Shown here: one piece after another, positions 9,449 through 18,618 of the stretch
How positions within the stretch are numbered: the stretch's first letter is position 1
Layout: every line of letters starts with the position of its first letter
From: an uncultured delta proteobacterium
Lineage (GTDB): Bacteria; Myxococcota_A; Polyangia; Polyangiales; Polyangiaceae
DNA: 64,000 bases
Direction: 5' to 3'
NCBI GenBank assembly: GCA_963696385.1
Contig: CAVOKF010000008.1
Span: forward strand, 96,001-160,000
Notes under the pieces: generated by a model
What the model saw: only the letters and a program-made list of their open reading frames with translations
Databases searched by the model: none
Told to the model about the DNA's origin: nothing
Made by a program: the position numbers and the translations under genes

Positions 9449-10449
9449 GACTCGGCCGCGACACCGGCGAGTGCGGGCCAGTCGCCGCGTACCGTGCGCA
9501 TGACCCCCTCTTCGTAGCCCACGCGCGGCTGATAGCCGAGCCGCCGCCGCGCCTTCGAAATGTCGAAACGAATGGGCAGCGTCATGACGTCGAGTTTCTC
9601 ATGATTGATCGGCGGCTCGCGCCTTGCGAAGGCCAGCCCCCGATAGGTCGCCACGTCGACCGCGGTCGCCACCGCGCGCGCGACCGAGGTCGGCACGTGC
9701 CGGCGCGGCAGATCGCAGCCGACCGCGCGCGCGACGAGCGCGGAGAGATCGGCCAGCGTCGTCGTCTCGGGACCCGCGAGAATGAAGTCTTCTCCGGCCG
9801 CCTCGGGCATCGTGGCGGCCAGCCAGATTCCGGCGACGATGTCGTCGACGTGCGCGTGGTGCAAGACGTTGTCTCCCGCGCCGACGATTCGGTAGACGCC
9901 GCCACGAATCATGGCCGCCATCTTGTCGAGCATCCCGTTTCGGTCGCCGGCGCCGTAGACGATGCTGGGCCGGACGATGGCGAGTTCGATCCCCCGATCG
10001 CGCGCGGCCCGACGCACCTTTACCTCCGCCTCGACCTTGGTGGCGGCATACATGGTGCGGGGCGCGTACGGGGCATCCTCGCTCACCGGGAGTCGGGACG
10101 GGAACCCATGGACCCCGACCGAGCTGACGAACACGAATCGGCGGACGCCCGCTCGAGCGCCGGCCTCGAGGGTCCGCTCGACGAGGTCGACGTTCGATGT
10201 GCGATAGGCGATGGGGTCCACTCCATGACGGTGACGCACCGCCGCCGAGTGAACGATCACGTCAACCCCGCAGAGCCGCGACGGGTCGGCGATGGCGTCG
10301 TCGAGCGCAACCGTGCCAACCGCCGAGCTTTCGTCCACGACGCGGACGAGCGGCACGACGCAAGCGCCCCGGGCATCGAACCCACGGGCGAGGTGAAGAC
10401 CCAAAAAGCCCGCCGCACCGGTCACTGCCACCGTCCACGGGGTCGTCAT
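9445..10449 (-). CDS. NAD-dependent epimerase/dehydratase (extended SDR)
   Basis: VTGAAGFLG, FVSSVGV, YAATK catalytic YxxxK, RPSIVYG. Confidence 0.9.
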   Translation of the reverse strand: MTTPWTVAVTGAAGFLGLHLARGFDARGACVVPLVRVVDESSAVGTVALDDAIADPSRLCGVDVIVHSAAVRHRHGVDPIAYRTSNVDLVERTLEAGARAGVRRFVFVSSVGVHGFPSRLPVSEDAPYAPRTMYAATKVEAEVKVRRAARDRGIELAIVRPSIVYGAGDRNGMLDKMAAMIRGGVYRIVGAGDNVLHHAHVDDIVAGIWLAATMPEAAGEDFILAGPETTTLADLSALVARAVGCDLPRRHVPTSVARAVATAVDVATYRGLAFARREPPINHEKLDVMTLPIRFDISKARRRLGYQPRVGYEEGVMRTVRGDWPALAGVAAES

Positions 10450-10530
10450 CGTGGCTGCCCTTATAGCGCGGAGGGCACCCGAACCATGGGGATCGCACCG
10501 CACCGCGCCGCGCGTGTTACCAATGAGCCC

Positions 10531-11067
10531 ATGCAGCTTGCCGTCCGCCCGGGTCGATCGAGGGTGCGCCGGTTCACGGCGCTCGAATTCGCGATCGCGT
10601 TCGCGCTGTCGGGATCCGCGCTCGCGGTCTTCGTGCCCACGTTCCTGCGCGAGGTGCATACCTCGCGCTTCGTCGAGCCGGTTCATGGTCTCGAGCGCCT
10701 CGGCCTCGCCGCGGTGGCCTATGCGCGCGAGCATCCGGTCGGCGAGGCGTTCCCGGCGAGCGCCCCGTTGACCCCCCCCGTCACACCTCGCGGACGATGC
10801 GAGATGGACCCGCCAGGCCTTTGGGACGGCCCGACGTGGCGGGCCCTCGATTTCCGGCCTTCTCTGCCCGAGGAGTCGCACTGCTACGCGTTCGAATTCG
10901 ACAGCACTCTGTCGCCGGCGGCCTCGACGTTCCGGGCGCGCGCTCACGGCGACCTCGATGGCGATGGAATCACGAGCACCTTCGAGGTAACCGGACGCGA
11001 TGTCGACGGGGATGGCCGCGGGCCGGTCCTCGATCCCGGCATGTTCGTCGAGTCCGAGGTCGAATGA
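10531..11067 (+). CDS. Atypical pilin-like protein
   Basis: VRR|FTALEFAIAFALSGSALAVFVP N-terminus; C-terminal ARAHGDLDGDGITSTF closely matches PilA ADAYGDLNGNGITSDF. Confidence 0.7.
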   Translation: MQLAVRPGRSRVRRFTALEFAIAFALSGSALAVFVPTFLREVHTSRFVEPVHGLERLGLAAVAYAREHPVGEAFPASAPLTPPVTPRGRCEMDPPGLWDGPTWRALDFRPSLPEESHCYAFEFDSTLSPAASTFRARAHGDLDGDGITSTFEVTGRDVDGDGRGPVLDPGMFVESEVE

Positions 11068-12011
11068 AGAGCGCGACCGTGCAGGCGGTCGTGCTCCTCG
11101 CGATTGCGGCGGGGGGAGTCGCCGCCACTCAACCGCGGCTCGCCCGGCAAGCGCACGCGCTTCGCGAGCGCGATCTCGACCTCTACGTGTTCCCGCCACC
11201 GGTCCAACTGCACGCGGCCACCCTCGGCTGGGACGCGGCTGCCGTCGATCTGCTCTGGGCCAAACTCTTGGTCGAGTACGGCACCCATTGGTCGGAGCAC
11301 CGGGACTTCATCGACGTGCCCAAGTACGTCGATGCCATTCTCGAGCTCGAGCCGACCTACTGGCCCGTCTACCGCTTCGTGGACACGATGCTCGCGTACC
11401 GCCCCTTGCAAGGGACCGAAGACGACGTGCGACGCGCTCGCCAGTACCTCGAGCGGGGCACACGCGAGCGCCCGGACGATTGGCGGGTTTGGATGGAGTA
11501 CGGCCAATTTTCGGCATTCATCGCGCCGTCGTTCCTGCACGACCACAAGGAGATAGACGCTTGGCGCAAAGACGGAGCGTCCGCCATCGGCCGTTCGGTC
11601 GAGCTCGGGGCGAGCGCAGAAGGAGTGCTTTCCGCTTCGACGATGCTCACGCGAGCGGGAGCCAGGGACCAGGCTCTCGGCTATTTGCGGCACGCCTACG
11701 CCTTCACGCAGCATCCGGCGATGGCCGAGGTGCACGAGGCCATCGGTCGCAAGCTCGCGGCCTTGCAGGCCGGCGCGTTCCGTGACGAAGCCGACAGGGC
11801 CGCACGCGCGGTACGCACTCGCCAGAGCCGAGAGTTGCCGTTTCTGTCGCTCGACGCTTACGTTTTGATCGGACCGGTCATCGATCCCGCACGATGCGCC
11901 GGCCCGGCCGGGTTCGATGCCCCGGCCTGCGCGCGGGACTGGCCTTCGATCGTCGAAGAAGGCGCCCTCCATGGCATGGCCGAAGAAGAGTCGGCCGAAG
12001 ACTCGCCATGA
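11064..12011 (+). CDS. Myxobacterial PilG-like pilus accessory protein (TPR-like)
   Basis: N-terminal TM, then TLGWDAAAVDLLWAKLLVEYG, ILELEPTYWPVYRF, LERGTRERPDDWR, recalled as resembling M. xanthus PilG; ATGA-coupled to the pilin-like gene. Confidence 0.55.
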   Translation: MKSATVQAVVLLAIAAGGVAATQPRLARQAHALRERDLDLYVFPPPVQLHAATLGWDAAAVDLLWAKLLVEYGTHWSEHRDFIDVPKYVDAILELEPTYWPVYRFVDTMLAYRPLQGTEDDVRRARQYLERGTRERPDDWRVWMEYGQFSAFIAPSFLHDHKEIDAWRKDGASAIGRSVELGASAEGVLSASTMLTRAGARDQALGYLRHAYAFTQHPAMAEVHEAIGRKLAALQAGAFRDEADRAARAVRTRQSRELPFLSLDAYVLIGPVIDPARCAGPAGFDAPACARDWPSIVEEGALHGMAEEESAEDSP

Positions 12012-13081
12012 GCACGACGACCGCGCTGGCGTCGACTTGCGGGCAACTCGTTTTGGGCAGCTTCTCGGGATCGATCTTGCCCGACCCGTACGCGCGCGCT
12101 CTCCGGCAACGGCGCCGCTCGGGCGCCGTGCTGTTCGCGTCCAACGTCGAAAGTCCGTACCAGCTCGCTGCCCTCGCGCGAGACGTTCATGCGGCGTGCC
12201 CTGCCCCGCTCTTGGCCGTGGACCAGGAGGGTGGACGCGTCGCGCGATTGCGAGCGCCGTTCGTCCGCGTGCCCGCCATGCGAGCGGTCGCGGCCGGAGG
12301 CGACATAGGGCTCGCCGAGCGAGTCGCGCGGGTCGTCGGCATCGAGCTCGCCGCGGTCGGATTCACCATGAATCTCGCACCGGTTGTGGACGTCCACACG
12401 CGCCCCGACAACCCGGTGATCGGGGATCGCGCATTCGGCGACGATCCCGAGACCTGCGCGCGCTTCGGCCGGGCGTGGATCCGGGGGCTGCAAAGCGCGG
12501 GGCTGTTGGCGACCGCGAAACACTTTCCGGGGCACGGCGACACGGCCAAGGACTCCCACTTCGATTTGCCCGTGGTCGAACAGCCCCGCGAACGCCTCGA
12601 TCGGGTCGAGCTTGCGCCATTCCGCGCGGCCGCCTCAGCCGGCGTCGCTGCGATGATGACGGCGCACGTCGTCTACCCGGCGATCGATCCGGAGCGACCG
12701 GCAACGCTGTCGCCGGCCGTCTGCACTCAGCTGCGCGAGCACATCGGCTTCGACGGAATGCTCGTCACCGACGATCTCGAGATGCAGGCCATTTCGGCGC
12801 GCTGGTCGACCGCCGACGCGGCCGTTCTGGCCGTGGCGGCCGGGTGCGACGCGGTCCTCGTGTGCGGAACGTACGATCGACAGGAAGCGGCGGTCGACGC
12901 GTTGATCGGCGAAGCGGAGCGATCCGCGGCGTTCCGGGCGCGCTGCCAGCAAGCCCTGGCCCGAGTCCTGGAAGCGCGCGGGCGCGCGACCGCGCGTCCC
13001 CTCGGCGACGAGGCGATTGGATCCCTGCTCGACGGGGCGGAATCGCGATCGAAACCGGCCCCCATGGCGATCGATTCTTAG
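12008..13081 (+). CDS. nagZ: Beta-N-acetylhexosaminidase (GH3)
   Basis: VDQEGGRVARL, KHFPGHGDTAKDSH signature, TDDLEM. Confidence 0.92.
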   Translation: MSTTTALASTCGQLVLGSFSGSILPDPYARALRQRRRSGAVLFASNVESPYQLAALARDVHAACPAPLLAVDQEGGRVARLRAPFVRVPAMRAVAAGGDIGLAERVARVVGIELAAVGFTMNLAPVVDVHTRPDNPVIGDRAFGDDPETCARFGRAWIRGLQSAGLLATAKHFPGHGDTAKDSHFDLPVVEQPRERLDRVELAPFRAAASAGVAAMMTAHVVYPAIDPERPATLSPAVCTQLREHIGFDGMLVTDDLEMQAISARWSTADAAVLAVAAGCDAVLVCGTYDRQEAAVDALIGEAERSAAFRARCQQALARVLEARGRATARPLGDEAIGSLLDGAESRSKPAPMAIDS

Positions 13082-13146
13082 GCCGCGGCGTGGATCGCGC
13101 CGAAACTCGTCGAGATGGGCGACCCTCGGGCCCGCGGCCGCCCCGC

Positions 13147-14238
13147 TCAGCCGGCGGCGCGCCGGGATACGACGGCCTCGTCGTCCGCGTCCCGCACGCC
13201 GACGTGCGATCGCTGCGGGCTCCGGCGGCGGGGCGCACACCCCTCGACCCTCGGCAGCAGGCCGGCGTGCAACCGAGCTCCCTCGAGAATGGCCTCGCAA
13301 AGCGTTGCGTAGTCCATCCCCGAGGCGCTCGCGATCTTGGGAAGCAGCGACGTCGACGTCATTCCCGGTAGGGTGTTGACCTCGAGCACGTATTCATTCT
13401 CGCCTTCGGTGACCAGCAAATCGACCCGGCACGCCCCCCCGCACGACAGCGACCGCGCAGCCCGATCCGCGAGGTTCAGGACGCCTCGCAATCGCGTCGC
13501 AGGCAGCCGCGGAGGCGAGACGTATTCGGTCAACCCCGAGGTGTATTTTGCGCGATAGTCGTAAATTTCGCCTTCCGGCACCACTTCGATCGCACCGAGC
13601 ACGCGACCGTCGAGGATCCCGACGTGCACTTCCATCGCGCGTACGAAGCGCTCGACCAGCGCGCAGCCGTCGAACGCTAGGGCGCGATCGAGAGCCGCCG
13701 CGAGTTCGGTCGCATCGCCCGCCTTCGCCAGGCCGATCGACGACCCTTCGCGCTGCGGTTTCACGATGGCGGGGAAGCCGAAGCTGCCATGCACGGCCTC
13801 GAGATCGTCGAGGTCGTCGCGCGTCGCGACGTAGTAAGGCGGCGTAGGAACGTTGTGGAGCCGAAACATCTCCTTGGCCTTGAGCTTGTCCATGGCCAGG
13901 GCGCTCGCGAGAACGCCGCTGCCCGTATACGGGATCCGCATGAGCTCGAGCATTCCCTGAACGCACCCGTCTTCGCCACCGCGCCCGTGGAGGGCCAGGA
14001 ACACGACGTCGACCTCGCTCGCTCGGACCAAGTCGTGCAAATCGGCGTCGTCGGGTGTCCACACGATCTTGACCACCTCGTGGCCACGGCTTTCGAGCGC
14101 TGCGGCGACTCCGTCGCCCGTGCGAAGCGAGACTTCGTATTCCGAGCTCCACCCCCCCATCAAGACCCCAACGCGCCTTCTGCTCACGGAACATTTCATG
14201 GCGACGACTCCAAGCTCAATCGGTTCATCATCGGTCAT
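13147..14238 (-). CDS. ddl: D-alanine--D-alanine ligase (start may be GTG at 14187)
   Basis: GGWSSEYEVSL, LHGRGGEDG, GSSIG, YDYRAKY, EVNTLPGMT. Confidence 0.95.
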   Translation of the reverse strand: MTDDEPIELGVVAMKCSVSRRRVGVLMGGWSSEYEVSLRTGDGVAAALESRGHEVVKIVWTPDDADLHDLVRASEVDVVFLALHGRGGEDGCVQGMLELMRIPYTGSGVLASALAMDKLKAKEMFRLHNVPTPPYYVATRDDLDDLEAVHGSFGFPAIVKPQREGSSIGLAKAGDATELAAALDRALAFDGCALVERFVRAMEVHVGILDGRVLGAIEVVPEGEIYDYRAKYTSGLTEYVSPPRLPATRLRGVLNLADRAARSLSCGGACRVDLLVTEGENEYVLEVNTLPGMTSTSLLPKIASASGMDYATLCEAILEGARLHAGLLPRVEGCAPRRRSPQRSHVGVRDADDEAVVSRRAAG

Positions 14239-14389
14239 GATCGACCCATCGTGGCTATGTCACCGAGCTTCCAGGTCCAGGTCGAGTGGTACGCGCTCGC
14301 TCACGACCGCTCGACTGCGGAAGCGCGGGCGATCCGACCATCGGATAACAGCGCCGTCGTGGGCCGGTCAACTTCGTGGCCACGATCGG

Positions 14390-15244
14390 TCAGTCGATTT
14401 CGACGAGCACCGCGGTGATGTTGTCTTTGCCCCCGCGTTCGTTCGCGAGGTCGACGAAGCGGCGCACGCACTCTACTCCCCCGAGCGCCACGATCGTTGG
14501 AATGTCTTTCTCGCTCAGGTAGCCGTGCAGCCCGTCGCTGCAGAGTAAAAATCGCATCCCGCTGGCGAGCGCAACGCAGCGCGTATCCACCTGGACGTAT
14601 TCGCGATTGCCGACGGCCCGGGTGATGACGTTGCGGTGAGGCGATCGAGCAGCCTCCTCCGGCGTGATGAGCCCCTGCTTGAGCTGCCACGCGATGAGCG
14701 TGTGATCTTCGGTCAGCTGCTCGACGGTCGCGTCGACGACGCGGTAAATGCGACTGTCGCCGACTTGTGCCGTGATGGCATAATCGCCGAGCATCAACAT
14801 GGCACTGATCGTCGTGCCCATTCCGCTCTTGTCGCGGTCGATCTCCGCGATGGAGTACACGAAGTACGTTGCCGCTTGCACCGCACTCTCGAGCAGTCGA
14901 CACGCCGCACGCGAATCGCGCTCGGACAACGGGTCGACCAGCTCGCGCAGCGCTCCGAGCCCTCGCTTGACCATCCCGTACACCGTGTCGACCGCTTCGC
15001 GACTGGCGACTTCACCCGCGGCATGCCCACCCATTCCATCGGCGACGACGTACAGACCGAGTTGATCGTCGATGAAGAAGGCATCCTCGTTCGAGGCTCG
15101 CTTGCGCCCGAGATCGGTCAACGCGTGGCCGGTTCGGCGTAATGGCGCCGGATCGACATCCGCTTGTGTCCCCGGACCGGTTCCCGCGGCGGCGGAGACG
15201 CGAGGCAACTTCACGGTGGGCAGACGGGGGTCGCTCGATGGCAT
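14390..15244 (-). CDS. PP2C-family Ser/Thr protein phosphatase
   Basis: TDLGRKRASNEDA, VADGMGGHAAGEVAS, VGDSR, LCSDGL, GGKDNIT. Confidence 0.95.
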   Translation of the reverse strand: MPSSDPRLPTVKLPRVSAAAGTGPGTQADVDPAPLRRTGHALTDLGRKRASNEDAFFIDDQLGLYVVADGMGGHAAGEVASREAVDTVYGMVKRGLGALRELVDPLSERDSRAACRLLESAVQAATYFVYSIAEIDRDKSGMGTTISAMLMLGDYAITAQVGDSRIYRVVDATVEQLTEDHTLIAWQLKQGLITPEEAARSPHRNVITRAVGNREYVQVDTRCVALASGMRFLLCSDGLHGYLSEKDIPTIVALGGVECVRRFVDLANERGGKDNITAVLVEID

Positions 15245-15338
15245 CGTCAGTTCGCCAAACTTCACTATATAGCGTGCGGCCTTGGGGGGTAGCGTTCTCG
15301 AACGCAACTTCGGCGTCGGCCGCGACGAAAGCCACCGT

Positions 15339-15390
15339 CGGCATGGGCGGGCGGCATGGGCGGGCGGCATGGGCGGGCGGCATGGGCGGG
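15339..15390 (+). repeat. Tandem repeat, 4 x 13 nt (CGGCATGGGCGGG)
   Basis: Four perfect copies read directly, in the divergent PP2C/flhA intergenic region. Confidence 0.95.
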
Positions 15391-15478
15391 GCATGGCATG
15401 CCGCGGCAGCGCGTCTTGTCCGGTGCGCGTGTTAGGTCACCGTTCCATACAGAACCCCTTAGGTACTATCGTGCGTGC

Positions 15479-17422
15479 GTGGCTCGAGATCCGCCACTCT
15501 CCCGCGACCGGCTTCTAGGGGCCGACGCCGCGCTCGCGGCGCTGGTCGTCGTGGCGGTCGGCCTGATGATCGTACCGCTGCCGACCTGGGTGCTGGACGT
15601 CTTGATTTCGGCAAACTTGTCGGCCGCGGTCGTCGTCCTTCTCGTCGTCCTGTACGTACCGGATGCGATCGGAATCGCCACGTTCCCGACGTTATTGCTG
15701 CTGACGACGCTTTTCCGCCTTGCCCTGAACGTCGCGTCGACCCGCCTCATTCTGATCCAGGCGAACGCAGGACGCGTGATCAAGGCCTTCGGTTCCTTCG
15801 TCGTGCACGGCAACTACGTAGTCGGTGCGGTGGTCTTCGTCGTTTTGACGACGATTCAATTCATCGTGATCGCGAAGGGGTCGGAACGCGTTGCAGAGGT
15901 CGGGGCGCGGTTCGCGCTCGACGCCATGCCGGGCCGGCAAATGGCGATCGACGCGGAGTTGCGCGCCGGCACCCTGGATGGGCACGAAGCCCGGGTGCGC
16001 CGCCGGGCTCTGCAACGCGAAAGCCAGTTCTACGGCGCGATGGACGGCGCCATGAAATTCGTCAAGGGCGACGTCATCGCATCGATCGTCATTGTCGTCG
16101 TCAACCTGTTCGGCGGCCTCGCCATCGGGGTCGTCATGCGCGGCATGGCGATCGAGGCTGCCCTCCGACGCTACGGACTGCTCACGATCGGCGACGGTTT
16201 GGTCACCCAAATTCCGGCTCTGGTGCTGTCGACCGCGGCTGGCGTCCTGGTGACCCGAGTGGCCAGCGAGGAGGCCGACACCCCGCTCGGCGAAGAGCTT
16301 GCGCGGCAGCTGCTCGGCGTCCCGAAGGCGCTGCAGGTGGCCGGCGTGTTCGTGCTGATGCTGGCCGCCGTCCCCGGCCTGCCGCCGGTGCCGTTTCTCT
16401 TGCTGGGCGTGACCCTGTTTTTCGTCGGGCGCGGGCGCGCCCGGGCCCAGGCCATCGAGCAGAGCTACAGGGCGTCCGAACCGCCGCGCGACCCTCGCGC
16501 GCGAGGGCGCGGCAACGAGCCCAGCTTCGTTCCGCGGGTCGTGCCCTGGAGCATCGAGATCGGCGACGGTCTCGCCTCGATGATCGAGCGCGAGGTTCAC
16601 GGTCTGCGCCCGGTGGCGGTCGAAGTGCGCGAGCGGATTTTCGAAGATCTCGGCGTTCCGCTTCCCGCGCCGCGGATCGGCATTCGACAGGCCCTGAAGG
16701 GGCGCGAAGTCCTCGTTTCGCTTCACGAGGTACCCGCCGCTGCGATCGTCGTTGCCTCCGGAGCGACCGACGAGCAGGCCGCCTCGTGGATTCGCGATCG
16801 CGTCCTGGATCTCATCCGGCCGCGGGCCGCCGATTTCTTGGGCCTTGCCGAAGTTCAGCGGCTTCTCGACGAACTCGAACCGTTCGCGCAGCCGGCCGTA
16901 CGCCACGTCGTGCCCAAGCCGATGAGCCTGGTGTTGCTGACCGACGTTCTTCGGCGGCTCGTCCGCGAGCGGGTGAGTGTGCGCGATCTCGCAGGCATTC
17001 TCGAAGGTCTATCGACCGTCGCGCCGACGGAGAAGGACGCCGTCCGCCTGGCCGAACACGCGAGGATGCACTTGCGCCGTGCCATCACGTTCCGTCTGAC
17101 CGGGGGCATGGCCAGTCTGGACGTGGTGCTGCTCGATCCGATCCTCGAAGACACCGTGCGCCACGGGATCACCCGCACCGCGGCAGGCGCATCCTTGGCG
17201 CTGCCCCCGCACACCTCGCGCGACGTCCAGGCAAGCATCCGGCGCGCCATCGCCGCAAGCGTCCCCGCCGACCGGCCCGCGGTCATTCTGACCCAACCAG
17301 ACATTCGGCATTTCGTCTGGACGCTACTGGAGGTGGACACTCCCGATGTCCGCGTCGTGAGCTCCGCCGAACTCTTGCCCGAGGTCACGATCCGGCCGAT
17401 TGCCCACGCGACGCCGGCATGA
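15479..17422 (+). CDS. FHIPEP-family type III export gate protein (FlhA/SctV)
   Basis: FPTLLLLTTLFRLALNVASTRLIL, KGSERVAEVGARFALDAMPGRQMAIDA, FYGAMDGAMKFVKGD, LTIGDGLVTQIP. Confidence 0.92.
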   Translation: MARDPPLSRDRLLGADAALAALVVVAVGLMIVPLPTWVLDVLISANLSAAVVVLLVVLYVPDAIGIATFPTLLLLTTLFRLALNVASTRLILIQANAGRVIKAFGSFVVHGNYVVGAVVFVVLTTIQFIVIAKGSERVAEVGARFALDAMPGRQMAIDAELRAGTLDGHEARVRRRALQRESQFYGAMDGAMKFVKGDVIASIVIVVVNLFGGLAIGVVMRGMAIEAALRRYGLLTIGDGLVTQIPALVLSTAAGVLVTRVASEEADTPLGEELARQLLGVPKALQVAGVFVLMLAAVPGLPPVPFLLLGVTLFFVGRGRARAQAIEQSYRASEPPRDPRARGRGNEPSFVPRVVPWSIEIGDGLASMIEREVHGLRPVAVEVRERIFEDLGVPLPAPRIGIRQALKGREVLVSLHEVPAAAIVVASGATDEQAASWIRDRVLDLIRPRAADFLGLAEVQRLLDELEPFAQPAVRHVVPKPMSLVLLTDVLRRLVRERVSVRDLAGILEGLSTVAPTEKDAVRLAEHARMHLRRAITFRLTGGMASLDVVLLDPILEDTVRHGITRTAAGASLALPPHTSRDVQASIRRAIAASVPADRPAVILTQPDIRHFVWTLLEVDTPDVRVVSSAELLPEVTIRPIAHATPA

Positions 17423-17425
17423 TCG

Positions 17426-18310
17426 TCACATCTTTTGACGGACCATCCTGCGCGGGGCGGCGCCGCTCCGCAAAAATAGCTGCTTTGCCTCCTGCTGCAG
17501 CAGGGGATGCACCCTCTTTCCGCCGAGGAACATGCCGAGCAATTGGGGGCTCATCTCGAAAAGCTTCTTCAGCGCTCGCGATGCCCCCTTCATGTCCCCG
17601 GCTCCGGTGCACGCAAAGGCTCGCGCGCGCCACATTTGAACGCGCATCTCGGCGAAATCCGGATCGTCCGGATTGAACACGTCGAGCAGCTCCACGGCCT
17701 TCTTTCCCTGCCCCGTCCGGCCCCACGCTTCCCCGGCCACGGCTGCAAACATCGCGCGGGTCTTGGGCTCCTGCTGTTTGCCAAGCTCGATCTTGTCGAT
17801 GAGCGAGCGGGCCTCCTGGATGTCGCCGAGCTGCAAGTGCAGGCTGGCGCGCAGGCACCTCACTTGATCCGCCATGGGGGTGATTTGCCTACCGAGATCG
17901 ATGGATTCGAGCGTCGCGAGCGCCTTTTTGGGATCCTGCTGCATCTCGAGCTGTGACCGCGCGATCACGGCCTGCACGTCGCCCTTTTTGAACTGGGTCT
18001 CGAGCTGTTTGAGCGCGTCCTGGCGGCCTTCTTCGGTCAGCGAGGCGGAACGCAGCAGCGCGCCGAGCGCGCGCGATTTCTTGACGTAACGCACGACCCA
18101 GACGCCGGCGCCGATCGCGAAGATCGTCAGCGCGCCCGCGACGATGACCGGCACGATCGTCCAGCGGAGCGCCACGAACGCGACCACCCAGACTGCGGCG
18201 ACGATCAGGCCGACCCTCAACAAGACCTTCTTGAGATCGACCGGAGGCTTTTCGGACGCGGCGCTCGACGGCGTCGACAGGTCGCGCAGCTCGCGCTGCA
18301 TGACGGCCAT
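17426..18310 (-). CDS. Membrane-anchored TPR-like hypothetical protein (start uncertain)
   Basis: Two TM segments followed by helical repeats; strong GC3 codon bias. Confidence 0.7.
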   Translation of the reverse strand: MAVMQRELRDLSTPSSAASEKPPVDLKKVLLRVGLIVAAVWVVAFVALRWTIVPVIVAGALTIFAIGAGVWVVRYVKKSRALGALLRSASLTEEGRQDALKQLETQFKKGDVQAVIARSQLEMQQDPKKALATLESIDLGRQITPMADQVRCLRASLHLQLGDIQEARSLIDKIELGKQQEPKTRAMFAAVAGEAWGRTGQGKKAVELLDVFNPDDPDFAEMRVQMWRARAFACTGAGDMKGASRALKKLFEMSPQLLGMFLGGKRVHPLLQQEAKQLFLRSGAAPRRMVRQKM

Positions 18311-18431
18311 GCTTCGCTTCTTTTTCTTCTTCGGGAGCGCCGAGCGCACCCTCCGGTTTGGCGTCGTTCGGCACGGGCGGCAGGCTGCCGGCAATAGCGC
18401 GACCGACGCCGCCACGCAAACGAGGCTTTGG

Positions 18432-18607
18432 CGACCGCGACCGCGACCTCGACCCCGACCCGGACCCCGACCGCGACCGCGACCGCGACCTCGACCTCGA
18501 CCTCGACCTCGACCCCGACCTCGACCCCGACCTCGACCTCGACCCCGACCTCGACCCCGACCCCGACCTCGACCTACCTCGACCGCGACCACCGCGACCG
18601 AGACCTC
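18432..18607. repeat. Hexamer tandem tract (CGACCN)n, about 29 units
   Basis: CGACCG/CGACCT/CGACCC units read directly, just downstream of the smc stop. Confidence 0.95.
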
Positions 18608-18618
18608 GGCGTCACCGT

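Noticed and set aside
18310..18374. Possible sixth frameshift extending the TPR gene to GTG 18374 (MPNDAKPEGALGAP-KKKKKRS)
   Set aside because: Plausible but unsupported without homologs; not at a GATC site
18432..18607. Possible CRISPR array (also 47001-47190)
   Set aside because: No repeat-spacer alternation and no cas genes
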